DNA of 64,000 nucleotides, taken from a virus. Lineage: Duplodnaviria; Caudoviricetes. The position numbers and the translations under genes are program-made. The notes under the pieces were generated by a model. That model saw only the letters and a program-made list of their open reading frames with translations. It was not told the DNA's origin and did not search any database. The stretch lies in the IMG/VR virus record IMGVR_UViG_3300009155_000035. One strand, given 5' to 3'. The number at the start of each line of letters is the position of its first letter. Positions within the stretch are counted from its first letter, which is position 1. Positions 26,861 through 37,315 of this stretch are shown here, piece after piece.

Positions 26861-27570
26861 TGATAACTCAACGCTACAATTATGCACCCCTTGATAGAAC
26901 AACCATTCAAGGCAAGCGACATTATTGTTTGCCCGACGGCAGTAAAGTACCTAGTGTCACTACTATCCTTGATAAAACTAAACCGGCTGAAGCTCGACAG
27001 GCATTGGCTAATTGGAAAAAGCGTGTAGGTGAAACCAAGGCACAGGAAATTACTACAGAAGCCGCAAATCGAGGCACACGCATGCATTCCTACTTGGAAC
27101 ATTATGTATTGCAGGAAGACATGAAGCCCTTGCCAAATAATCCCTTTGCACAACCATCATGGTTCATGGCCGCAGAGGTTATTCTTAAAGGTCTATGTAA
27201 TGTGGATGAATTTTGGGGAGTAGAAGTTCCTGTTTACTACAGTGGCCTTTATGCTGGCACCAGTGACTGCGTTGGCGTCTGGAAGGGCCGTCCAGCCATC
27301 ATGGACTTTAAACAAACTAACAAACCCAAAAAGCGCGAATGGATCGAAGATTATTTCTTACAACTTGCGGCCTATGCTCAAGCACATGATAACATGCATG
27401 GCACAAGTATTGATCAGGGCGTAATTTTAATGGCCGCTCAGCCCAAACTCTTGGAAGATGGCACATATACCACGCCAGAATATCAAGAGTTTGTGGTAGA
27501 AAAAGAAGAATTTGCTCACTGGAAAGATCAGTGGAATCGGCGAGTTGAGTTCTACTATTTGTCTAGCTAA
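26860..27570 (+). CDS. PD-(D/E)xK exonuclease
   Basis: PSVTTIL, RGTRMH, AGTSDCVG, IMDFKQT, QLAAY. Confidence 0.85.
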   Translation: MITQRYNYAPLDRTTIQGKRHYCLPDGSKVPSVTTILDKTKPAEARQALANWKKRVGETKAQEITTEAANRGTRMHSYLEHYVLQEDMKPLPNNPFAQPSWFMAAEVILKGLCNVDEFWGVEVPVYYSGLYAGTSDCVGVWKGRPAIMDFKQTNKPKKREWIEDYFLQLAAYAQAHDNMHGTSIDQGVILMAAQPKLLEDGTYTTPEYQEFVVEKEEFAHWKDQWNRRVEFYYLSS

Positions 27571-27594
27571 ATACTGGCAAACGAGGATTTCAAC

Positions 27595-29169
27595 GTGGCC
27601 ATAGTACAGATTTCAAGAATAACCAATCGTAAGGGTGCAACCGATAATTTGCCACAGCTGGCAGGTGCTGAGCTTGGGTGGTGTATTGACAGTCGTCGAC
27701 TGTTCATTGGCAATGGTACTTTGCAAGAAGGTGCCCCGGTTATTGGGAACACAGAAATCCTTACAGAATTTTCTGATATTACAGTTTTAAGTAACTACAC
27801 ATATCAAGATGTAGCTGTTGGATATATTGCGGAAACTGGCCCAAGCGCCAGCGACCCCACAATACGAACAGTACAAGCCAAACTTGATGATCAAGCTTGT
27901 GTGCGCGATTTTGGTGCAGTAGGTGATGGCATAACCGATGACACCGCAGCCATTAATCGAGCACTGTACCAACTGTATTGCCGAGAGTCAAATCCACAAA
28001 TTAGAAGAAGTTTGTTTTTCCCAGCTGGTGTTTACTTGGTCACAGAATCTATTGTGATCCCAACTTATGCCAAGTTGATTGGCGAAGGTGCCGATTGCAG
28101 CGTTATTCTATTGTCTACTGATGACAGCTCAATACCGGACTATGTTGCACAATATGGAGATAGTAGACTACAAACAGGCGTTAACATTGGTACCAATGGA
28201 GCCACACCACCTAGAAACATTGAAATTAGCTCAATGTCATTTCAATCAACTAATGTCACTGATATATTCTTGGTCAACTCTGCCACACAATGTTGGTTTG
28301 ACAGTGTGAATTTTATTGGCCCAGTTACACAAACTGAAATTGAAGACAACGGATCAACCCCACTACCAGAAATTACTGGTGTGTCATTTGCTAGTAACGG
28401 AAGTCTTGTAACCAACGACATTACATTTGATAAATGCGGATTTAGCAACATCACCACCGGTATTGGTACCGGCAATGTTATTCGAGCAGTCACTGTAAGC
28501 AACAGCAAATTCAATATACTGTTTCAAGGCATTGTGCTAACCAATGACGGTGACGGCGGAGCAACTGGATTTAGATCAGTGCATAACATGTTTGACAATA
28601 TCTATGCTGAAGGTATTGTATATGATGACGTTAGTTTAAATGCATCGGCATATAACGTTTTTTACAATGTTGGTAATAGTATTGGTAGTGAAACACCCAC
28701 AGGCCCTGTGATTACTTTTACAAATGACATTTGTGTATCTATCAATGACTTATTTGAACGCAGTGATGCAGATGCGTTCACCTACCCTAGAATATCTATA
28801 AGTAACACTAGTTCTTCAACTGGTGGAACTCAATTAACGTTGGGTCGTTATACTCAAGAAAATGGTAAAACGTTTACACTTCAAAATGGTGTGTCCGGAC
28901 AACCAATTTTTAATGTGAACCTAACATACACGAAAGCATTTCAAATGGAATATACAATTACTCGAGACACTGATGTTCGTCATGGTGTATTTGTAGTGGT
29001 ACCATCTACAACAGGTACAGATCCCGCATACACAGATGACTTTACAGAATTTGGTAGCGTAGGGATTGAACTCTCAGCAATACAATCCGGAACACAAGTG
29101 TCCGTTGAATATGATTCAACAGTTAGCTTGCCCGGTACCTTAACTTATACCTTATCATATTTGGCCTGA
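27595..29169 (+). CDS. Tail fibre/spike-like protein with pectate-lyase-3-like beta-helix
   Basis: N-terminal GAELGWCIDSRRLFIGNG; VRDFGAVGDGITDDTAAINRAL; FFPAGVY; TAAATA at 27568. Confidence 0.7.
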   Translation: MAIVQISRITNRKGATDNLPQLAGAELGWCIDSRRLFIGNGTLQEGAPVIGNTEILTEFSDITVLSNYTYQDVAVGYIAETGPSASDPTIRTVQAKLDDQACVRDFGAVGDGITDDTAAINRALYQLYCRESNPQIRRSLFFPAGVYLVTESIVIPTYAKLIGEGADCSVILLSTDDSSIPDYVAQYGDSRLQTGVNIGTNGATPPRNIEISSMSFQSTNVTDIFLVNSATQCWFDSVNFIGPVTQTEIEDNGSTPLPEITGVSFASNGSLVTNDITFDKCGFSNITTGIGTGNVIRAVTVSNSKFNILFQGIVLTNDGDGGATGFRSVHNMFDNIYAEGIVYDDVSLNASAYNVFYNVGNSIGSETPTGPVITFTNDICVSINDLFERSDADAFTYPRISISNTSSSTGGTQLTLGRYTQENGKTFTLQNGVSGQPIFNVNLTYTKAFQMEYTITRDTDVRHGVFVVVPSTTGTDPAYTDDFTEFGSVGIELSAIQSGTQVSVEYDSTVSLPGTLTYTLSYLA

Positions 29170-29594
29170 TGTGGCCCGTTACTTTCGAAGAGCGCCTGCA
29201 AGAGTGGAATGACTTACGCAAGGAGCTCGGGTCCCTTACCTTAGAACAACAATTGCCAATTGTTAACGATTGGTGGTTTCGCGCACCCATGATCAATCAA
29301 CATCTTCAATGGGATTCTCATCGCAACTGGCCTGGCCCCTGGGATCTTTTGGCCGAAGACTGCTGGTGCGATGTTGCAAGAGCACTAGGAATAGTGTATA
29401 CTATTATGATGGTTCCTGCTAACAGCAATTGCAGTATTACTATGGCCTGTTGCGATATTGGCAATTTAGTCCTTGTGGAGCAAGGAAAATATATACTGAA
29501 TTGGGCGCCACAAACGATCTTAAATATCGATTCAACAAACATTCAGATACTGCGACAAGTTGACAGCAGTGAGCTACAACGACAATTAGGTTAA
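29169..29594 (+). CDS. Hypothetical phage protein
   Basis: Trp-rich 141-aa ORF overlapping the upstream stop. Confidence 0.6.
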   Translation: MWPVTFEERLQEWNDLRKELGSLTLEQQLPIVNDWWFRAPMINQHLQWDSHRNWPGPWDLLAEDCWCDVARALGIVYTIMMVPANSNCSITMACCDIGNLVLVEQGKYILNWAPQTILNIDSTNIQILRQVDSSELQRQLG

Positions 29595-29597
29595 TAA

Positions 29598-31916
29598 ATG
29601 ACACAAATACAAGTACAAAAACGTGGTGGGCGTAAAGAACCACTAGACCTTGAAAAATTACATAAAGTAGTGTTTTGGGCAACACAAGGAATCACAGGAG
29701 TATCAGCAAGCGAAGTAGAAATCAAAAGTCATTTACAGTTTTACAACGGAATTCCAACAGCAAGCATTCAAGAAACATTGATCAAGTCAGCCGCTGATTT
29801 AATCAGCGAAGAAACGCCAAACTATCAGTATGTTGCCGGGCGCTTAATTTGTTACCACATTCGTAAACAAGTCTACGGTGACTTTACCCCATGCCACATT
29901 CGAGAATTAGTTAAACGTAATGTAGCCAGTGGGTTCTACGATCATGAACTGTTAACAGCATACAGCACTGACGAGTGGGACAAGATCAATGCATTTATAC
30001 GCCATGATCGAGACGAGCAGTTGACATATGCTGCCATGGAACAGTTTCGCGGCAAATACCTAGTACAAAATCGCGTAACAAAAGAAATTTTTGAAACACC
30101 ACAAGTGACCTATGCATTGATTGCTGCCACATTGTTTGTTAACTATCCATCTGAAACAAGATTGCAATGGGTCAAAGACTACTATGACGCAATTAGCACA
30201 CATCAAATCAGTCTGCCTACACCTGTAATGTCTGGTGTTCGCACACCACAACGTCAGTTCTCCAGCTGTGTTCTAATCGAGACTGACGATAGCTTAGATT
30301 CAATCAATGCAACAACGTCTAGTATTGTAAAATATGTAAGTCAAAAGGCAGGTATTGGCATCGGCGCCGGTCGCATTCGTGCTCTTGGTTCACCTATTCG
30401 CAATGGTGATGCTTATCACACTGGTGTAATTCCCTTTTATAAAATGTTCCAGGCGGCTACACGCAGTTGCAGCCAAGGTGGAGTGCGCAATGGCGCGGCT
30501 ACGTTGTATTATCCGATCTGGCATCTTGAAGTTGAGGATCTGTTGGTCCTAAAAAATAACAAAGGCACCGACGACAACCGTGTACGTCATATGGACTACG
30601 GCGTACAGTTTAACAAAGTCATGTATGAACGTTTGCTGACCAATGGAAACATATCATTGTTCTCTCCCAATGATGTTCCCGAAATGTTTGATGCATTCTA
30701 CAAAGATGTTGACCGTTTCCGTGATCTATACGAAGCGGCTGAACGCAATACAAAAATACGCAAGAAAAAGATCAAGGCAATTGATTTGTTTACAATGTTC
30801 ATGCAAGAACGTAAAGACACTGGTCGTGTGTACTTGATGAATGTAGACCACGCCAACAATCATGGCGCATTTATTCCTGAACTAGCACCGATACGTCAAA
30901 GCAATCTGTGCTGTGAAATTAATTTGCCTACAAAACCACTAAACGATATTAATGACCCCAATGGAGAAATTGCATTATGCACACTCAGCGCATTGAACTG
31001 GGGAGTGTTTAAAGAGCCGCAAGACATGGAAAGTGCTTGCACATTGGCAGTGCGTGGACTTGATGCATTGTTGACTTATCAAGACTATCCAGTTCTCGCG
31101 GCAAAAATGGCCACAGACAATCGTCGACCCTTGGGGGTTGGCATCATTAACTTGGCCTACTGGTTGGCCAAGAATGATCTAAGCTACAGCGATCCAGCCG
31201 CATTGGCCAAGGTCGACGAGTGGGCTCAACACTGGAGCTATTACTTGATCAAAGCCAGTGCTGATCTTGCCCAAGAGTTTGGAGCATGCCCCAAGAGCAA
31301 CGAAACAAAATACCATAATGGCGTTCTCCCAGTAGACACATACAAGCAAGAAGTTGATGAGCTTGTACCACACCGTGATGTAGTTGACTGGGCCGGATTA
31401 CGTGAGCAACTTAAACGTACCGGAATTCGAAACAGTACACTGATGGCGTTAATGCCAGCAGAAACAAGTGCTCAAATTAGTAATGCCACCAATGGTATTG
31501 AACCACCACGTAGCTATGTTTCGATCAAACAAAGTAAAGATGGTGTGCTAAAACAAGTGGTGCCAGAGTATCGTAGATTAAAAAACAAATATGAACTTTT
31601 ATGGGATCAAAAATCTCCTGAAGGCTATTTGAAAATTTGTGCAGTTTTGCAAAAATATATTGATCAAGGTATCAGTGTCAATACCAGCTACAATCCACAA
31701 TTTTACGATGAAGAAAAAATTACCATGAGTGACATGCTCAAGCATTTGGTAATGTTCTACAAGTACGGCGGAAAGCAACTTTACTACTTCAATACCTATG
31801 ATGGATCCGGCGAAATTGATATCGACCGACTAGCACAATCCAAATCTATCTTAATTGAAAGCGTTGACACATCGTTAATAGCAGACGATGCAGATTGCGA
31901 CAGTTGTAAAATTTAA
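29598..31916 (+). CDS. nrdA: Class Ia ribonucleotide reductase alpha subunit with ATP cone
   Basis: VQKRGGRKE ATP cone, FSSC, SNLCCEI, YYFN, C-terminal CDSCKI. Confidence 0.97.
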   Translation: MTQIQVQKRGGRKEPLDLEKLHKVVFWATQGITGVSASEVEIKSHLQFYNGIPTASIQETLIKSAADLISEETPNYQYVAGRLICYHIRKQVYGDFTPCHIRELVKRNVASGFYDHELLTAYSTDEWDKINAFIRHDRDEQLTYAAMEQFRGKYLVQNRVTKEIFETPQVTYALIAATLFVNYPSETRLQWVKDYYDAISTHQISLPTPVMSGVRTPQRQFSSCVLIETDDSLDSINATTSSIVKYVSQKAGIGIGAGRIRALGSPIRNGDAYHTGVIPFYKMFQAATRSCSQGGVRNGAATLYYPIWHLEVEDLLVLKNNKGTDDNRVRHMDYGVQFNKVMYERLLTNGNISLFSPNDVPEMFDAFYKDVDRFRDLYEAAERNTKIRKKKIKAIDLFTMFMQERKDTGRVYLMNVDHANNHGAFIPELAPIRQSNLCCEINLPTKPLNDINDPNGEIALCTLSALNWGVFKEPQDMESACTLAVRGLDALLTYQDYPVLAAKMATDNRRPLGVGIINLAYWLAKNDLSYSDPAALAKVDEWAQHWSYYLIKASADLAQEFGACPKSNETKYHNGVLPVDTYKQEVDELVPHRDVVDWAGLREQLKRTGIRNSTLMALMPAETSAQISNATNGIEPPRSYVSIKQSKDGVLKQVVPEYRRLKNKYELLWDQKSPEGYLKICAVLQKYIDQGISVNTSYNPQFYDEEKITMSDMLKHLVMFYKYGGKQLYYFNTYDGSGEIDIDRLAQSKSILIESVDTSLIADDADCDSCKI

Positions 31917-31933
31917 AAAAAAAGGATAACAAC

Positions 31934-33061
31934 ATGACAGTATTCAACCCTTCCAAAAATCGCGACCACACCACTTCCTTGGCGTTTTTAGATCCACAAG
32001 GATCACTGGGGATTCAACGATATGAAACCTTAAAATACAAACAGTTTGACAAACTAACCGACAAACAACTGGGATTCTTTTGGCGTCCCGAAGAAGTGGA
32101 TGTGCTTCGTGATGCCAAAGATTTTAAAGATCTAACAGACCACGAACGACACATTTTTACGTCAAATCTAAAACGCCAAATTTTGTTAGACAGCGTTCAA
32201 GGTCGTGGTCCCAACTTGGCATTATTGCCATTGGCAACAATACCAGAACTAGAAACTTGGATCGAAACCTGGGCCTTTAGCGAAACTGTGCATAGCCGCA
32301 GTTATACACACATTATTAGAAACATTTATTCTAACCCTAGTCAAGTGTTTGACGAGTTATTAGACATTGAAGAAATTGTTCAATGTGCCAAATCTATCAG
32401 CAAGTATTATGATGACTTATATGACGCTAGCCTAGCATATCAATATCTAGGCGTAGGCAAGCATGTAATCAATGGTAACACAGTTGTAGTTGACAGATAC
32501 GAACTTAAGAAGAAACTATGGCTGGCCATTAACAGTGTCAATGCACTCGAAGGTATTCGTTTTTATGTGAGCTTTGCTTGCTCATGGGCATTTGCTGAAC
32601 TCAAGAAGATGGAAGGCAACGCCAAGATTATCAAACTGATCTGCCGCGATGAAAACATACACCTAGGTAGTACACAAACTCTGATCAAGTTGTTGCCACA
32701 AGATGATCCAGACTACGTTAAGATCAAAGAAGAATGTCAGGCCGATGTTGTTGCCTTGTTTGCCGAAGTGGTGCAACAAGAAAAAAATTGGGCACAGTAT
32801 TTGTTCAAAGATGGCAGCATGATTGGTTTGAACAAACAACTACTTGATGACTATGTTGAATGGATTGCGCATAAACGCATGACTGCTCTTGGATTGCCCA
32901 GTCCCTATCGCGGTGGAAGTAATCCATTGCCTTGGACTGCCAAGTGGATTGCCGGTGCCGATGTACAAGTTGCACCCCAAGAAACTGAAATTACCAGTTA
33001 CGTGATTGGTGGTACCAAACAAGACGTTGATCAAAATACATTTTCTGGACTAAGTTTATAA
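31934..33061 (+). CDS. nrdB: Class Ia ribonucleotide reductase beta subunit
   Basis: FWRPEEV, ETVHSRSY, EGIRFYVSF, DENIH, VAPQE. Confidence 0.97.
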   Translation: MTVFNPSKNRDHTTSLAFLDPQGSLGIQRYETLKYKQFDKLTDKQLGFFWRPEEVDVLRDAKDFKDLTDHERHIFTSNLKRQILLDSVQGRGPNLALLPLATIPELETWIETWAFSETVHSRSYTHIIRNIYSNPSQVFDELLDIEEIVQCAKSISKYYDDLYDASLAYQYLGVGKHVINGNTVVVDRYELKKKLWLAINSVNALEGIRFYVSFACSWAFAELKKMEGNAKIIKLICRDENIHLGSTQTLIKLLPQDDPDYVKIKEECQADVVALFAEVVQQEKNWAQYLFKDGSMIGLNKQLLDDYVEWIAHKRMTALGLPSPYRGGSNPLPWTAKWIAGADVQVAPQETEITSYVIGGTKQDVDQNTFSGLSL

Positions 33062-33327
33062 TGTTAACAGTATATTCTAAAAATCATTGCCCGTTTTGTG
33101 ATCAAGCAAAAGCCCTGCTTGAAAAATGGGAAATACCTTTTGAAGAAGTAAAAATCGATGCTGATGATTCTGCTCGAGAATTCATAGTCGGTGCCGGGCA
33201 CCGAACAGTCCCACAAATTTACCATGAAGGCAAATTATTTGTTGACGGTGGGTTTCAAGGTTTAAGTAAGCTGACTGCAGACAATGTCAAAGAACGTCTG
33301 GGACTTACTAACTTAGGAACTCTATGA
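33061..33327 (+). CDS. Glutaredoxin
   Basis: CPFC and HRTVPQI; follows nrdB. Confidence 0.92.
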   Translation: MLTVYSKNHCPFCDQAKALLEKWEIPFEEVKIDADDSAREFIVGAGHRTVPQIYHEGKLFVDGGFQGLSKLTADNVKERLGLTNLGTL

Positions 33328-33626
33328 ATATCGAATCAAACAAAGTTTTTATTTTTAAACTAATCACCAGCGAAGAAATTGTAGCTCGAGTTGAAGAACA
33401 ACACCAGGACTTTTTAGTACTTTCACATCCCATTACCATGGTTGTAACACAACAAGGGTTACAAATGATACCTAGTTTATTTTCCGCAAATATTGAAGCA
33501 AATGTACAGCTAAATAAAAGCAGTATTTCAATGGTAACTGAACCCAGGGAAGATATTGCTGACAGTTATCGTCAAGCAACAACTGGTATTTCAGTACCGC
33601 CAAGAAAACAAATTATTACAGGATAA
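33324..33626 (+). CDS. Hypothetical phage protein (possible Sm-like fold)
   Basis: FKLITSEEIVARV pattern. Confidence 0.55.
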   Translation: MNIESNKVFIFKLITSEEIVARVEEQHQDFLVLSHPITMVVTQQGLQMIPSLFSANIEANVQLNKSSISMVTEPREDIADSYRQATTGISVPPRKQIITG

Positions 33627-33631
33627 CTTTA

Positions 33632-33901
33632 ATGCCAGCAGTGTGCAGACTTGGCGATCCAGACAACGGCAAGGGTCGAATTCTTGAGGGTGTAAATTCC
33701 GTGTATGTCAATGGCAAACCCATTGCCGTCGTTGGAGCCAAGGTAAGTCCTCATGGTAAAGGTAAGCATCGATCTGCTAAAGTACAACAGGGAAGTGGCA
33801 CGGTATTTGCCGGTGGCAAAGCAGTAACTTTTGTTGGCGCCATGGACAATTGCGGACATACTAGAAGCTCTGGCAGTGGCGATGTATTTGTGGGCGGTTG
33901 A
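33632..33901 (+). CDS. PAAR-like spike tip protein
   Basis: PAVCRLGD, VYVNGKPIAVVG, PHG...H, DNCGH...GSGDVFVG. Confidence 0.85.
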   Translation: MPAVCRLGDPDNGKGRILEGVNSVYVNGKPIAVVGAKVSPHGKGKHRSAKVQQGSGTVFAGGKAVTFVGAMDNCGHTRSSGSGDVFVGG

Positions 33902-36900
33902 CCATGGGTGCATTGTCATCAGTGATGGCCACTGCTGGTGCAGGTTTATTACCTAATCCCCCTCAGGATGTTGGCACCACAATAATCGCACCAAACAACA
34001 TTGCAAATGCTGTGGCAACATATGGCAATGTTTCAATTATATCAACATTTCAAAGTATTTGCTCTACTGCACTAGGTGCAGTAAGTGGCGGAAATCTATC
34101 TCAAACAAACTTATTAGGCTTGTTGGCCCTGGGCTCCAACACATTCCCTGCACTAACCAGTGTGTTACCGGAAAATACCGCACCCACTAGTGTACTGGTT
34201 TCTGGTTTAGCTAGCCCCTGGGACAGTTCTATTTCTTACATAGCCGGCGACGTAGTTTCCTATAATGGCAATGTGTTTATTGCCAAGGTTGCAAGCAAAA
34301 ATCAAACACCCACAACTGGCACATACTGGAATCTTTACATTGTATGTTATAGCTTACCAACGGTTGTTGGAATTGATTCAACAACAGTGTCCGGCAACGG
34401 GGACCAGTCAAAATTTTGTCAAGCTTTTATGGCTGCTCAGGGATATATTTCCCAGGCCAATGCAACTATTAATTCAGTAAAAAACAGTGCGATCTTGGCC
34501 GAAACATTTACACCAGCAAATGGTGGCATGGACAATTTGACCACTGGTGGGTTGAATCAAGTAACCAGCGACATTGCCGGGCTTGGTGCAGATTTAAAGA
34601 AACTGGGAAACTTGATTAATCTAGCACAGTTGGATTATTGGGGACTGCCTGGAGAGTTGTTGGCACAACTTGGGCGTGTGGGCAATGGTATATTACCAGG
34701 GCTGGCCACTCCATTAACCACTGCCGGTATAACAACACAACAAATTTCCAGTTTGTCCAAAGGGTCAAACACACTAGATGCGCAAGCAGAAAAAACTGCA
34801 TATACAGTAATGACAAAAATCACTGGGTCGGTTCTTTCCCAGGTACTAGCTGTGTTTGGGGTTACAACTAGTAACATAGCCAACATGGCACAGTTGTTGA
34901 ATCCAAAAGTTATAATGCCAACTGCTTACAGCAAATTGTTGTGTCCAACAAAAGATGGACTTGTGCCAATCTATGTCAACGGCGCCACAAATCAAAATCT
35001 AATTACCACAGTAGACGATGCCAACATCGTTGCTTACTCGGGACAAACTGGTACCAATGGTTACAACACACTTAAATTAATTACTCCACCAGATCAAGCC
35101 CTGGCAAACAAAGCATTTGCCCAAGCAATGCAACAGGTAAAAAATGTTTCAACATCGTTGTTGCCTGGTATTAGCACAGCAATGTTGGCGGTAGAATCAA
35201 ACACTGGATTGACTGCGGTTAAGAATTTGACCAAACCAGTTCCGGCCACTGTGATTACTGCATACCAACAACAATTAGGTCAAGGATCGGGTCCTAACGG
35301 CACACTGGTTATTGGTGACATTTTGGGAGTAGCATATAAAGAATCTATTTCCACTAGCCTTACCACTATTGCCAACGCAGTTTCTTCCATTAGCGCATCT
35401 TCTCTCAACAGTGTTTATACCAATATGTCAGATACCTTGGCTGGTACATTTGGGCCATCAACTGGTCCTGTGATTATCCCCAGTGGTCCCGGAGCTGGTA
35501 CGTACACTACCTGGAACGAAGCATTTAGTACAGCATTGACACCAGCGGCTGCCTCGGCAATTTCTACTATTGCATCCAGTAATGCCAGCAAGGTGACTGC
35601 AACCAATACCCAGTATACTTCAATTATAACCGAAATCGTTAAAGAAATAACAAATCAAAACCGAGCACAAATTGATTTTACTGCGTTCGAAGCTAATTCA
35701 ACTTCGAGCACAATGAGTTTTTCAACAAACTTACATGAGTATGGAAACGATCCAGACGCAAATGATGTTTTGCTCAAGTTTACTAACACCGCTACACTAG
35801 GTGGTCAGTCGTTGATTAGTAGTTTGCGCGAAGGCAGAAACATCGAAGCATTGCAAAATGCTGGAATCAAGCTTGACACACAACTAGACTCTGCTCCGGG
35901 ACCGGTGATTAGCAACACAACAACATCTGCAACACCTTGGTCTCGGGCATCACAGTATTGGAGCAGAAGCTCCACGCTATCAAACACTTTTCGAAACTGG
36001 GGCATTTTACGCTCGTGGAAAGGGCAACAGATTCCAAATTGGGGATCAGACGGCACCACAGAACAGACTGGCACAGTATCCGTAAAGGCCAGTGGTACCA
36101 ATGTGGATGTTGTTATTGTTGATGCAGTGCTTGATCCTGCACATCCTGAGTTTGCAGTAAATGCAGATGGTACAGGTGGATCACGAGTAAAATACTACAA
36201 CTGGTTTGATGCAAATATACCGGGCGATCCCTCTGCTGGTAGTCGATATAACCCACCCATAACAACCAATGCACCGAGTTCTGCTGATGACAGCAGGCAT
36301 GCTTGCCATGTAGCCGGCATCGCAGTCGGAAACACACAAGGGTGGGCACCAAAGGCAAACATTTTTAACATATCACCCCAGTATGTAACTGGTGGTGTTC
36401 CTTATTTGTATTTGTATCAGTACATATTGGCCTGGCACAACAAAAAGAAAGCCACTGGCAACACCAATCCAACTATTCTCAACAACAGTTGGTACAGTCG
36501 TTACACAATTCCTTATACCAGCATTACTTCCTTGACATATCGAGGAGTAACTTACGCAGGGCCGTTTACTCTTGTTCAACTGTTGGGCTATGGCATTACC
36601 AATGATGGGGCTGGTAACTGTATTGTTGCCCTGCAAAATTCAACTATGGATGCACAAATAAAAGCATGTATCAACGCCGGTATTATTTTTGTAGGATGTG
36701 CTGGCAATAACGATACAAGAATTGCAACATCCAGTGATGCAGACTTTAATAACACATTGACTGCCACCGGCTTCAATGGCGGCAGTCCAATTTATTATGC
36801 TCGTGGTAGTTCGCCAGTTGCCACACAAAATGTTATATGTGTTGGCGCAATTCGCGCACCAAAGAATGATGGCAAGGCTAGTTCAAGTAACTGTGGTCCT

Positions 36901-37236
36901 CGTGTTGATTTGTTTGCACCTGGTGCATTCATTACCAGCGCCTGGCTGACTGCCAATGGTGCATCCGGACAACCTACTCCGGTACCAGATCCAAGAAACA
37001 CAGCTTATTACATTGGCAAGGATACTGGAACCAGCATGGCAGCTCCGCAGGTCACTGGCATACTTGCCGCGGCATTGGAGGTCAACCCAACCATGACACA
37101 AGCACAAGCATTGGCATACATTCAAAATGCGGCTGCACCAAATCAAATCCCGGATACTGCAGGCGGATATGCTGATACATTCAGTTTACAAGGAGCACCA
37201 AACAAATATCTTGCACTACCATCTGATTTAAAGTAA
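33898..37236 (+). CDS. Large virion-type protein with CBM5/12-like module and C-terminal subtilisin (S8) domain
   Basis: WDSSISYIAGDVVSYNG...YW module; IVDA, HACHVAG, GCAGN, GTSMAAPQVTG; start may be ATG 33904. Confidence 0.75.
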   Translation: MTMGALSSVMATAGAGLLPNPPQDVGTTIIAPNNIANAVATYGNVSIISTFQSICSTALGAVSGGNLSQTNLLGLLALGSNTFPALTSVLPENTAPTSVLVSGLASPWDSSISYIAGDVVSYNGNVFIAKVASKNQTPTTGTYWNLYIVCYSLPTVVGIDSTTVSGNGDQSKFCQAFMAAQGYISQANATINSVKNSAILAETFTPANGGMDNLTTGGLNQVTSDIAGLGADLKKLGNLINLAQLDYWGLPGELLAQLGRVGNGILPGLATPLTTAGITTQQISSLSKGSNTLDAQAEKTAYTVMTKITGSVLSQVLAVFGVTTSNIANMAQLLNPKVIMPTAYSKLLCPTKDGLVPIYVNGATNQNLITTVDDANIVAYSGQTGTNGYNTLKLITPPDQALANKAFAQAMQQVKNVSTSLLPGISTAMLAVESNTGLTAVKNLTKPVPATVITAYQQQLGQGSGPNGTLVIGDILGVAYKESISTSLTTIANAVSSISASSLNSVYTNMSDTLAGTFGPSTGPVIIPSGPGAGTYTTWNEAFSTALTPAAASAISTIASSNASKVTATNTQYTSIITEIVKEITNQNRAQIDFTAFEANSTSSTMSFSTNLHEYGNDPDANDVLLKFTNTATLGGQSLISSLREGRNIEALQNAGIKLDTQLDSAPGPVISNTTTSATPWSRASQYWSRSSTLSNTFRNWGILRSWKGQQIPNWGSDGTTEQTGTVSVKASGTNVDVVIVDAVLDPAHPEFAVNADGTGGSRVKYYNWFDANIPGDPSAGSRYNPPITTNAPSSADDSRHACHVAGIAVGNTQGWAPKANIFNISPQYVTGGVPYLYLYQYILAWHNKKKATGNTNPTILNNSWYSRYTIPYTSITSLTYRGVTYAGPFTLVQLLGYGITNDGAGNCIVALQNSTMDAQIKACINAGIIFVGCAGNNDTRIATSSDADFNNTLTATGFNGGSPIYYARGSSPVATQNVICVGAIRAPKNDGKASSSNCGPRVDLFAPGAFITSAWLTANGASGQPTPVPDPRNTAYYIGKDTGTSMAAPQVTGILAAALEVNPTMTQAQALAYIQNAAAPNQIPDTAGGYADTFSLQGAPNKYLALPSDLK

Positions 37237-37258
37237 TACTGTTGTACTACTTTAACGG

Positions 37259-37287
37259 TTGACAACTAATTCTAATTTCCGTATAAT
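37259..37287 (+). promoter_or_regulatory. Sigma70-type promoter
   Basis: GG-TTGACA-17bp-TATAAT, perfect consensus. Confidence 0.85.
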
Positions 37288-37315
37288 ACTAATACTTAAC
37301 TAAATGGAGATTTAG

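Noticed and set aside
26860-27570. Cas4 / CRISPR adaptation gene
   Set aside because: Generic PD-(D/E)xK exonuclease without the four-Cys Fe-S motif; no array or other cas genes in the window
29598-33061. Inteins or introns in nrdA/nrdB (also checked helicase, primase, ligase)
   Set aside because: Lengths are normal and catalytic motifs are contiguous; no intein termini or homing-endonuclease motifs seen
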